A stretch of DNA of 32,325 nt from IMG/VR virus record IMGVR_UViG_3300010149_000076, positions 1 to 32,325 of that record; one strand, written 5' to 3'. Under the pieces are notes generated by a model. The model made no database searches and was not told where the DNA came from. It worked only from the letters and a program-made list of their open reading frames with translations. Positions 27,901 to 32,325 of this stretch are shown here, piece after piece; the stretch's first letter is position 1; each line of letters begins with the position of its first letter. A program made the position numbers and the translations under genes. The stretch comes from a virus (taxonomy: Duplodnaviria > Caudoviricetes).

Positions 27901-29554
27901 CATACATACTCTCATTTCTTTGATTATATGTATTTTGAACATTTGCCTGAATTCTGTTGCTATCTAATGATGCTCCTGACGAAGAGGCATAATTATATTT
28001 TTTTCTTATACTTAGATTTGTAGTTGACGCAACGGTGATATTTTTATCTAATGTAACTACATTGCCTGATATAGCAGTAACTTGTGCATCAGCAACAACT
28101 ATACTTTCTGCATTTCTATTTAAAACATCTGTATAGTCATTAACCTTTAAACTAGACTTATCTGGTGTTTCGAATAAAGTTACTAAGTTATTTGCAAAAC
28201 TTTCAATCTCATATCTTGCTCTAACATTATAAATCCAACTATTAAATGCAAATTGTTTATAATTGTCATTATTATTCTGAATACTCTCACCAAGATTTTT
28301 AACCTCAATTAGATCATCTTCAAATAACAGGTCATATGATTCTTTATTCTCAATATCTGACATTACGCCAGAGATTCTCATTGATACTTTATCAGATGGA
28401 TCACCATTTGCATATCCAAAAATGGTATCTGTTCTTGAATATAGAGTATCTGTTGGATTAATGGCATTTGTCACACCAGTGCATCCGAAGAACTGAGTTA
28501 CACTCTTACTGCCATAATCAATTATATTATCACCACATATAACAGTTCCCGTCTGCCCAAATCCAATAGTGCTATCAACACTTATAACAGATCCACCAAT
28601 AGAAACATTATCGGATACTAAAGTATTTGGTGTTATATTAAATGTTCCTTCAATTAAACTCTTCTCATTATATCCAGAAAATAATTGAACCTTATAAAAT
28701 GTTTTTTTATTTCTTGTTATAATTTCAACTTCAGATACTGGTCCAGTTGCAGTATTCTGAAAGTTGCTGATCATTTGACCAATCAACTTATTAGGATCTC
28801 CACTGATAACCTCAGTTACAAGAACTCTCCTTCTAATATATTCTGCAACTGATGGTTTTAAAAGAAAATCCTCAAGATTGATAATTTTAGGTACTTCATT
28901 ATATAAAATTTCAAATAAAATTCTAAATGCTTCTTCGGTTCCTTTACTCTGATAGAAGTCCCGAATTTGCTTTATAAAATTATTTACATTTAATGTGCTA
29001 ACAAAATTAACGTCTTCAAAACCAGGTGCAAGAAGATATTTTATTTTACGATAGAATTCTCTAAGAAATAATGAACTTAGATTTTTAATCTGACTACCAT
29101 CAGTATGTGTAGATGCGGTAGATGATGTGAATACCAGTTCTTCTGGATTTAAATTATCTCTATATGATGTGATCCCACTAAAACCACGAATACATCCAGT
29201 AAAACTATTAGTTGTTATGCCAGTATAAGTAATGACTTCATCATCAATTTTTATTAAACCATACTGTTTAGGGAAACCATTAGTTGTATTGACATTAACT
29301 GTAGTATCTGATACCGAAACATCAGATGTTATACTATTGTGATCAGTTAAAATTTCTGGAGTTAAATTATTAAGACTTAGATATTGATCTAAATTTTCGA
29401 CAATATCAATTGTGCCTCCCTGAAATTCTTGGGAAACATAATACTGCTTCAAAAATTCTACTGTCTTCGGACTTTCGGATAGTAGAAATTCAGGTAATTG
29501 ATTATCAACAATCTGTTGGACTTTTACTCTAGAATTGAAACCAGTTGTAATCAT
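15971..29554 (-). CDS. gp7: Giant baseplate wedge initiator (gp7-like), multi-domain
   Basis: 4527 aa between gp6 and gp8. N-terminal QLPEFL...FLKQYY, IKQIRDFYQSKGTEEAFRILFEILY, and the internal DNDYYQNLSYTIKS...HVHPIGMKNF gp7-type motif. Many beta-repeat and accessory domains. Confidence 0.88.
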   Translation of the reverse strand: MITTGFNSRVKVQQIVDNQLPEFLLSESPKTVEFLKQYYVSQEFQGGTIDIVENLDQYLSLNNLTPEILTDHNSITSDVSVSDTTVNVNTTNGFPKQYGLIKIDDEVITYTGITTNSFTGCIRGFSGITSYRDNLNPEELVFTSSTASTHTDGSQIKNLSSLFLREFYRKIKYLLAPGFEDVNFVSTLNVNNFIKQIRDFYQSKGTEEAFRILFEILYNEVPKIINLEDFLLKPSVAEYIRRRVLVTEVISGDPNKLIGQMISNFQNTATGPVSEVEIITRNKKTFYKVQLFSGYNEKSLIEGTFNITPNTLVSDNVSIGGSVISVDSTIGFGQTGTVICGDNIIDYGSKSVTQFFGCTGVTNAINPTDTLYSRTDTIFGYANGDPSDKVSMRISGVMSDIENKESYDLLFEDDLIEVKNLGESIQNNNDNYKQFAFNSWIYNVRARYEIESFANNLVTLFETPDKSSLKVNDYTDVLNRNAESIVVADAQVTAISGNVVTLDKNITVASTTNLSIRKKYNYASSSGASLDSNRIQANVQNTYNQRNESMYVASNSLPDYTIQKNISSSLIEIDSSTNLDNIFQGFVPTTGKYSIFSIDVDVPFITGDEVIYSGSGDPIVGLELERNYYVEVIKDINPARSNRIKLYNARSFIGTDQTVQFHKTEFNTLTSHLFTLKQQYGKTLKQKNSLTKIPLVTNIESGTDTPTNSGQVGILINGVEVHSYKSDDRVYYGPIENIKVLNGGTDYDVINPPFIEISDPSVGSGITAKAQAVVSGSIKEVKVDPQNFSINRVLSTNVYGGNGKDALLEAVVSKQFRDIDFNASRVGVAITGGIDIDNDTLTFEDFHNIVDGQRLVYSSNGNSPLGIGSFNASNLDQNETLVNGGIYYPQIINTRSIYLYRNIDEYNSGINTVGFTTIGTGGIHKFRTYDEQNVVSEIKVLNPGYGYENRNLQVSPIGISTLESKINFEDHGFNDGDLVDYNFETSSISGLSSSIQYRILKVDDASFKLATAVGGAVTDYNRRNYVSFGSTSGEGYQSFSYPPIKVVINAEYGSGTGIANTILATPVVRGSIVNAYVYEKGSNYGSNILNFHRNPVVTVKTGLGAQLKAIMKRGRIIAVDVQNGGKFFTASPDLEIVGDGVGAKMRAVVKNGRIKDVIIINSGTGYTDAKTSIKVKPPGKNVVLESNVRHLRVNNLKRFSDELLIEYNDNLSYGIVGYSTDRDGTTFLDSNSEDEHSKVIGWANDGNPIYGPYGFDDPNDNNSVTRRIETGYKESPNNIENRPSTDVFELGYFIEDYVFNDSGDLDSHNGRYTKTPEFPNGVYAYFVGVSTNISTGKLDPKFPYFIGDTYRSKVSTEVLNQTFDFNNSDLVRNTFPYRTGKPYSGGDFLFESNSPIQQITRVTSTSKGSIDGFVITNGGEDYKIGNSLVYDLSGTGGGGSSAEVSRIGGQPIHSITTQYLKYADAILVRETPETVKFHTNTTHELNDGDIIQVSGISTFINNVVGSHVIGVTSEFTRLTEVLTQNTGIGTDIYVSSIPPIIGAGTSIGIGTETLSVLNVFPEENILRVKRGSVGTSHTVSDIIEVKNRSIVLPLVTEHFDSTKNLDTFFNPFFSVGVGLQTGTSTDINYHLGKSAKTVSVPVQSIYLPNHQFKSNQTIELRLPGGVTGLSVRTETTDTSFTIPENGINQTLYVINKGKDYIGLTTQVGLTTTTNGLYFVSTDAITNNNFEYSLKTKFNEITADVQKIKTQVSISTIHNLKTNDEVELLIKPRLSVGVGTETSVQIRYDSTYNKILINPVGFGSDKVNINDNTFTINNHGFKTGQKIFYSSSNDVASGLTTSGYFIYRVNDNIFKLSKTINDTKFNPPINVSIASTGGSGQQISLLNPQIEVFKNNNIVFDVSDTSLDEYSFKFFYDKELNNQFVSTGSTSSFSVIEQVVSTGLSSSYTVTYNDNLPTKLYYSFEKNGISIKPDEEVVDYSEIVYVDSKYNSTYKVFGIGATTFNISPTVVPEKLNYTQDDVDILSYTTNSLNASGPIEDIRILSPGSNYSRLPVISDVVIGTASSVGNSANIRPTTTTIGKLNNYRIVNEGFEYAADNTLRPEANISKLITLTGSDKIESITVLDGGRNYLSPPDLVVVDMFTKKKVDPSKYILKADFTGNTIVGVDIIQEPRGLNSVQHKLFPIRNSNGIQVEKIKTYSGGIVTLEMSTPPIDGFNTPPFREGDRIFVEGLRRQSFTDDIGNVTTPGTGFNSEDNGFNLFRVTEFINSNPAILRFDISEFTTDAGTPVELQSSFTSIVKKENLPSFKLNRVTGLFFLGEKLSIQNEEIDLKVTVVEKNLIKVSGDYDLKIGERIKGVFSGIPAVVESIKDYEGRFSVDYSSPKNFGWKNSIGQLNNSLQVLPDNDYYQNLSYTIKSVKTFNQTKDFVNKHVHPIGMKNFSDTEVIGKASVAIGVSDSFVSPVIDLVSDLRVDTIPSYDLVQDYEATSDSSRFIIFKNKRLADFIECRTNRVLQIDDISGRFSSAEFNKDNIVEAVEYPITDFYSKFIVQVTDENKQSTQLSEIIILNDYDNTYTFNKLDLFTDNKLGEFSGDFAASGDPTLVFDPSNPNDFNYNLKVYRESFTPTIGIGFTEFGCVRIDARSNALGPADNSGLVGFKTDVFRALSSDYDTTYTVAQVLDTDTNRMNYFEVVAHYDGSDTHISEFYYDTLPLQQFSGQNIGTFGLNVSGGIISLSFENDINSNLMVKTKTVGIGSTAAGVGTYHYLVDGQIPGTERTAKFDSQISTITGISTVFQFDTTLQFTQKSIIKVSIGDTTSIHNLSIVADQSRVNIQQSPFMNIGTNSGIGTFSQEMDGSIAIVKFHPDTEFLSDEISLQSYNQHIYADIDEFNFPVDFEVGNLREGISNAFYGSLNEFGKDKIDFDLNYKRVPIFEKTFNPSTSSILNQSSGVFNIADHFFETGEELIYTPSSSLIGIDPSSVGIGTTVVNGTIFTGDIVATGFSTITGIANSEGLTTNAKIFGTGIPANTTIVGIQTFNTYFVGDVIGAGSSVITGIANTSLIKVGAGIFSGDNTSIGSVFAVGINSITASVNISGGDNRIYFTDTSNWSVEISNVSTGSTFRGTHTTGITTDIMPEKVFAIRVSKDSFKLTGTAGGSGIGFTYTNSGSGNRHKLEMKKKLEKSLITVDGVTQYPLMYTPLVFNLQNNGGGSIGVGATFLSLSGISSIRPRDILKVDNEFLEIQNVGLGTTNTGPITGIGTFPVIQVSRGFVGSAATNHQDGSEVRIYKGAFNIVGNKIYFTQAPDGKGNNDRLNASALALPKSSFNGRVYLRNDYTGNKIYDDISLGFNGIGRTFSVKREDKNTLGLEPGSNLVFINDIFQTPDTVNNIGNNYNFASDSNTGISSVTFTGITRSGTDDVIISESDVNQNQIPRGGIVISLASTGGLGYAPLVGSKVKPFVGAGGSIATLSGVSTFSNKAVSISTSLYDDKTGILKITTNTPHNLYGSGTHVHLLGLEFSCSSGAGTTTIFPDGSSGDYVYPVTGISSAKTFEVNVGTSTIPHTYETGGSVREYFTNLTFGSGYYGETVGVAVTDLSYVHRFIRSSSNSIADNSKGVFTASNAIYNQTTGTLRLTIGSHTLTTDNVITIGGNSLTFTCTLDSNGSNHTYPRSTDAAFGAVLNIIATTANTITVNVGPSPVGQQYAHTFVSAIANSIVAGISRTPTNAKYTSYSGTLLLTIPNHGLTNSDTVQIARESLTFKCSSDGFRTEQLYPRSTDPVVGIQTAVTSLNENTISVNIGAGGGAGTGANITATVGAGGTLAFNIIDGGSGYVNPLVTVDSPSYENLSMMGVSRLGMGNTTDVGIGMSITFEMGPSSVGIGTSYFEVEKYYVSKTGYAFRRGDVLKPVGLVTAAGLSSPIEEIFFTVEEVFNDSFASWQLGEFDYIDSNASRQDSIRTRFPLFKNGQLLSFEKNNSDTTSSLIDFNSILLIYINGVMQEPNVSYIFEGGTTFIFREPPKKEDKVDVFFYRGTRGDDSVEIDVDETIKPGDDLQIYKNDSITGTVTQDKRIVSTIISADTVETGIYLGDGIDETNDKPVSWTKQKRDLLINDNAQTKARDSLEGQVYPTAKLIKNFNPIDTEIFVDDAQFFNYEENNSEIQIRETSALLLPDLVSPIGAAFTSVVSVAGTISEVKVISGGSGYIPSSSIAVQIAPPIGGIGTVFKTEIAERVGTIGIGSTAITGINTSQIRVGHSLNKAFVGSLEIIDSTFTVVGIKTFNNGEIELNKSTGNTTSITRTFDFGLYQDQEKAVATTIVSAAGTIASVTVTNPGSGYTTTATPAIITKLPNTNKELISGIRFVSGYSGIITGISTASGIGVDKAIRFDLEFEQTDNINSLEVGFPILISNTTVGAGVTSIDGNDNDIVGVGTAFIDNIYYVHSFTRSNLTGIITANILSSTDNISIATTTGSRSNPCGSFSWGRLAGFERGTGAIGVAVSGFTVNSGLSSFPVLQRRGFGLRDNGSLRKDLG
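18130..19110 (-). repeat. Three degenerate ~100-130-aa repeats in the gp7-like protein
   Basis: SLYDDKTGILKITTNTPHNL..LGLEFSC; AIYNQTTGTLRLTIGSHTLTT..SLTFTC..HTYPRSTD; AKYTSYSGTLLLTIPNHGLTN..SLTFKC..LYPRSTD. Boundaries approximate. Confidence 0.8.
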
Positions 29555-29566
29555 ATCTTCTCTCTA

Positions 29567-31432
29567 TTATTTCCTTGTTATTTGTCCATTTGAATAACTA
29601 GATCTTACTGGGAAGTTAACACCAGAAATCTGTTCTCCAGAAGCAATTGTATCCCTAACCATATTTATATTGCTTTTTGAAATATCAAAGATTAAATATA
29701 GATCCTGCAAACCAATAACGTCATTTGATTCTGGTATTGCTTGAATCTCAACAACGTTTTCTGGTAAGTCTGTAGAAACAATATTAATTGTATTAACAAT
29801 AATCTCACCCTTCTTATAGTTTACAGTGCCAATTGATTTTTTAACAACTTCGAAGGTATTTGGATCTAGAGTTGGTTTAACAATTGATAGTAAACCAATA
29901 TCACCATCAGCACTAGGCACATCTAGGAAGTATACTGTTTCTACTTCCCCTGCAATTTTAAATCCCGTGCTCTTAACATTATATCCATTCAGATTTTTAT
30001 GGAATTTATTTCCATAGCAAATTTCATATTGTGCGAAGGTATTTGAAATAGCATTGAGATTTCTTCTCATTCTCACTCTAGTAATATTAGAAGTGATTGA
30101 ATTATCTACATTATCGATAATTTGTAAAATTTTACTATACTTGAATCTTCCACCAAATTTATTCATATCAACAGTTTTGGAATGTTGATTGAGAGAGGTT
30201 ACAATATTACTTCTGATTGATTCAACATCCTTTGCTTTAGATGTGTCATAGAAGACGTCTGAATCAATTTCAACAAATAGTAGTTTTAGATCTGTAAGTT
30301 CTTGTTTAACACCAGATACGGTGTATTGTTTTAAATCATTAAGAATTTGTGTCTTTGCAAAATCGGAAATTGCAAAACCATTTTTTGGTTTTATACTAAT
30401 AATAACCTTTCCAAATTCTGGTGGATCAAGTTCTTCACCACCAACAACCGAAACCGATTCGGTGCTTGGATATATCTTTTGTATAATTGCCTCGTAGTCC
30501 CTTGCAGTAACAGCACGATACTGCGATGCATACACTCTAGGTGCAAAGTACTTGATTGAGTCTATCTGCTCAATGTCGCCCCCTCCGGTGGAGGACGCGG
30601 TTGTTGATACTGTTACTGAATTTAAAGGATTAGTGATAATTCCATTACTATCAGTAGTTGTTCCTGCATAAGAAAATAATGATGGACCATTACCACTTTG
30701 CCCATCAGTTGCAATATAAGTTACTTTAATTATAGTGCCAGTTTCTAATTTCTTACCAATGATACCGTCACCAAATAGTAACTCATATCTTTCATCAGCA
30801 ACTTCTTGAATTAGATATATTTCAGAGTTTTTATCGACAGTAATAATATTGTCAACCTGCTTATATTCCCGATTACCAACAGTTATAATAATTGTTGAAG
30901 TATCAATACCAGGATTACTTAGAATAAATTTTTGATCTTGAGAATTATTAACTGTAAACTCTTTAGTTAGATATGTGCCTTGATAAACTTCAATATCATT
31001 AAATGCAGCAACTCCTCCAATTACATTAGAACTAATGTCGGAAGGAATTGAAAATGTATATTGAGAATTATCGACTGCACCTACACAAACAAGACCTGCT
31101 TTTAAGATTAATTGATTGGAAGATGCTGATGTATTAATTGAAAATGATATACTTGCTTTTGCTGCAGTCTTTGATCTTGGAACATATCCAATATTTCTTG
31201 CTAATGAAACAACATTCTCTCTTAATGTTGATGAATCCAAGAAGGATTCATTCACAACCATATTAGAGTTGAATGCTGTGATATACGTATTATATGCTAA
31301 CGTATCGATTAAGATAGAAAAATTAGATCCTTCAAAGTCAAAATCCGTAAACGTTGAGTTAGCACGGAGATAATCCTTGATGGATGATTTTATCTGATCA
31401 AAATCTAGATTGGTAAACTTAGTGAAAGGCAT
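29567..31432 (-). CDS. gp6: Baseplate wedge subunit (T4 gp6-like)
   Basis: NLDFDQIKSSIKDYL, FTDFDFEGSNFSILIDTLAYNTY, ESFLDSSTLRENVVSLARNIGYVPRS, YELLFGDG and QYRAVTARDYE. Confidence 0.96.
   Translation of the reverse strand: MPFTKFTNLDFDQIKSSIKDYLRANSTFTDFDFEGSNFSILIDTLAYNTYITAFNSNMVVNESFLDSSTLRENVVSLARNIGYVPRSKTAAKASISFSINTSASSNQLILKAGLVCVGAVDNSQYTFSIPSDISSNVIGGVAAFNDIEVYQGTYLTKEFTVNNSQDQKFILSNPGIDTSTIIITVGNREYKQVDNIITVDKNSEIYLIQEVADERYELLFGDGIIGKKLETGTIIKVTYIATDGQSGNGPSLFSYAGTTTDSNGIITNPLNSVTVSTTASSTGGGDIEQIDSIKYFAPRVYASQYRAVTARDYEAIIQKIYPSTESVSVVGGEELDPPEFGKVIISIKPKNGFAISDFAKTQILNDLKQYTVSGVKQELTDLKLLFVEIDSDVFYDTSKAKDVESIRSNIVTSLNQHSKTVDMNKFGGRFKYSKILQIIDNVDNSITSNITRVRMRRNLNAISNTFAQYEICYGNKFHKNLNGYNVKSTGFKIAGEVETVYFLDVPSADGDIGLLSIVKPTLDPNTFEVVKKSIGTVNYKKGEIIVNTINIVSTDLPENVVEIQAIPESNDVIGLQDLYLIFDISKSNINMVRDTIASGEQISGVNFPVRSSYSNGQITRK
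29662..29669 (-). promoter_or_regulatory. Putative late promoter TATAAATA inside gp6, upstream of gp7
   Basis: Exact consensus (plus strand TATTTATA, NINM codons) about 108 nt upstream of the gp7 ATG. Confidence 0.6.
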
Positions 31433-31436
31433 TATA

Positions 31437-31835
31437 TTATCTGGTTGCCTCTAGGATGAATGTAAAATCTTGTGGCGGAACCTCTTGACCAATAATATTA
31501 AAGCTAATGGTAATTTCAAACTCATTTTGATCTGGTTTGGGATTTACCTGAACATTAAGTCTATCAACTCTTGGTTCATAATTTTCAATGGCAACAGTTA
31601 TTTGTTGCTGTAAAATAGATGCTGTACCAAAATCAATGAAGTCAAATAGACTAATTTTTACATCCGAACCAAAGATTGGATTAAAAAATCTTTCACTTGG
31701 AACTGTGTTCACGATATTGCGAACACTTCGCTTAATTGCATCTTCATTATTAAGAGCAAGGATATCATTAGTCACAGGATGTTTATCAAATGATAAACTA
31801 ATGTCCTTGAATGCCCGAGATATCCTTTGAACCAC
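31437..31835 (-). CDS. gp25: Baseplate wedge subunit (T4 gp25-like, GPW/gp25 family)
   Basis: FKDISLSF..HPVTND, AIKRSVRNIVNTVPSERFFNPIFGS and IENYEPRV. GTG start, immediately upstream of gp6. Confidence 0.95.
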   Translation of the reverse strand: MVQRISRAFKDISLSFDKHPVTNDILALNNEDAIKRSVRNIVNTVPSERFFNPIFGSDVKISLFDFIDFGTASILQQQITVAIENYEPRVDRLNVQVNPKPDQNEFEITISFNIIGQEVPPQDFTFILEATR

Positions 31836-31862
31836 AATAGATCTAGAGATTATACTTGTTTT

Positions 31863-31870
31863 TATTTATA
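31863..31870 (-). promoter_or_regulatory. T4-type late promoter TATAAATA
   Basis: Exact consensus in the intergenic gap about 28 nt upstream of the gp25 start. Confidence 0.85.
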
Positions 31871-31876
31871 CCCTTT

Positions 31877-32128
31877 TCAGAATAATTCAGTATTCTCATC
31901 AATTTTTTCATATAAGTCTTCTTGATTCACAGTATCGTATTTTTTTGGAGTGATATCATCATTTGAAATTTCACGAAGCATCTTTTGATGCTGATGATTT
32001 GCCAAATTATCTAGAAAATCGTGTTCTGAAGTCATTTTTTCATTTTGATAGTAGTCAGTAACAAGTTTTGTGGTTCCCCACATCTCTTTCATATAGTTAG
32101 AATTTCTATCGACAGGTGAATTACCCAT
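31877..32128 (-). CDS. Hypothetical protein
   Basis: 83 aa. Strong RBS (TAAGGAG) just upstream of the ATG and the same strand as the operon. Confidence 0.8.
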   Translation of the reverse strand: MGNSPVDRNSNYMKEMWGTTKLVTDYYQNEKMTSEHDFLDNLANHQHQKMLREISNDDITPKKYDTVNQEDLYEKIDENTELF

Positions 32129-32173
32129 GATGTCTCCTTATTTTCATGAAATGTTCATTAATATTCTATACTT

Positions 32174-32325
32174 TTATTTATTTTCCTCTTCTTCTTCGCG
32201 TTCTTTAGAAGTTTTCCAGAAATATTCGTCCTCACGTCCCATTCCAAGTCGTTCAAATCCATTTTCAACTTGATAATATTGAGTCGAAACCTTAAAATCA
32301 GGCATTTTTGGTTCGACAGGTGTCA
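32174..32325 (-). CDS. C-terminal end of a hypothetical protein (5'-truncated by the window edge)
   Basis: Hand translation ...TPVEPKMPDFKVSTQYYQVENGFERLGMGREDEYFWKTSKEREEEEENK*, stop at 32174-32176. The PDFKVST motif is familiar to me from conserved cyanomyovirus hypothetical proteins. Confidence 0.75.
   Translation of the reverse strand, partial: TPVEPKMPDFKVSTQYYQVENGFERLGMGREDEYFWKTSKEREEEEENK
32175..32182 (-). promoter_or_regulatory. Putative late promoter AATAAATA overlapping the upstream stop codon
   Basis: Plus strand TATTTATT at 32175-32182, about 47 nt upstream of the ATG at 32128. Confidence 0.5.

Noticed and set aside
7286-29554. Inteins, introns or homing endonucleases explaining the very large ORFs
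   Set aside because: I saw no intein splice motifs or LAGLIDADG, HNH or GIY-YIG signatures. The frames are uninterrupted, and the length is explained by repeats and accessory domains.
1331-31830. All other short plus-strand ORFs, plus the nested minus-strand ORFs 17368-17580 and 21085-21297
   Set aside because: They lie wholly within well-supported structural genes, have no recognisable motifs and look like antisense or frame shadows.
29567-31835. gp25 and gp6 as part of a bacterial contractile injection system, tailocin or T6SS
   Set aside because: Linked neck genes gp13/gp14, terminase gp16 and T4 late promoters indicate a DNA-packaging T4-like phage.
1-32325. CRISPR array, tRNA/rRNA, diversity-generating retroelement or invertible fiber cassette
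   Set aside because: Intergenic gaps are all under about 60 nt. I saw no regularly spaced DNA repeats, reverse transcriptase, recombinase or near-identical template/variable repeat pair by eye. The repeats are degenerate and at the protein level.

Overview
Low-GC (roughly 30-33% from spot counts) fragment of a T4-like myovirus genome. Protein families, sizes and gene order best match T4-like cyanophages (Kyanoviridae). All credible genes are on the minus strand and form one late, structural transcription block. Read right to left: partial conserved hypothetical, 83-aa hypothetical, gp25, gp6, giant gp7-like baseplate wedge protein (4527 aa), gp8, VrlC/DUF4815-like virion protein (2364 aa), 67-aa hypothetical, a 57-aa ORF missing from the track that looks NblA-like, a 76-aa fiber-associated protein, a 545-aa fiber, a 79-aa coiled coil, neck gp13 and gp14, gp15, small terminase gp16, and a modular ORF of at least 265 codons running off the left edge (also missing from the track). 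T4-type late promoter motifs (TATAAATA and variants) lie shortly upstream of eight genes, five of them inside the upstream coding sequence. I saw no RNA genes, CRISPR, introns/inteins or mobile elements. The block is mostly ordinary for this phage group. The best leads are the NblA-like microprotein, the modular protein that may be protease-processed, small domains shared across neck, tail and baseplate proteins, and a short GC-rich patch in gp6. Family assignments are from motif recognition and synteny, not database searches.
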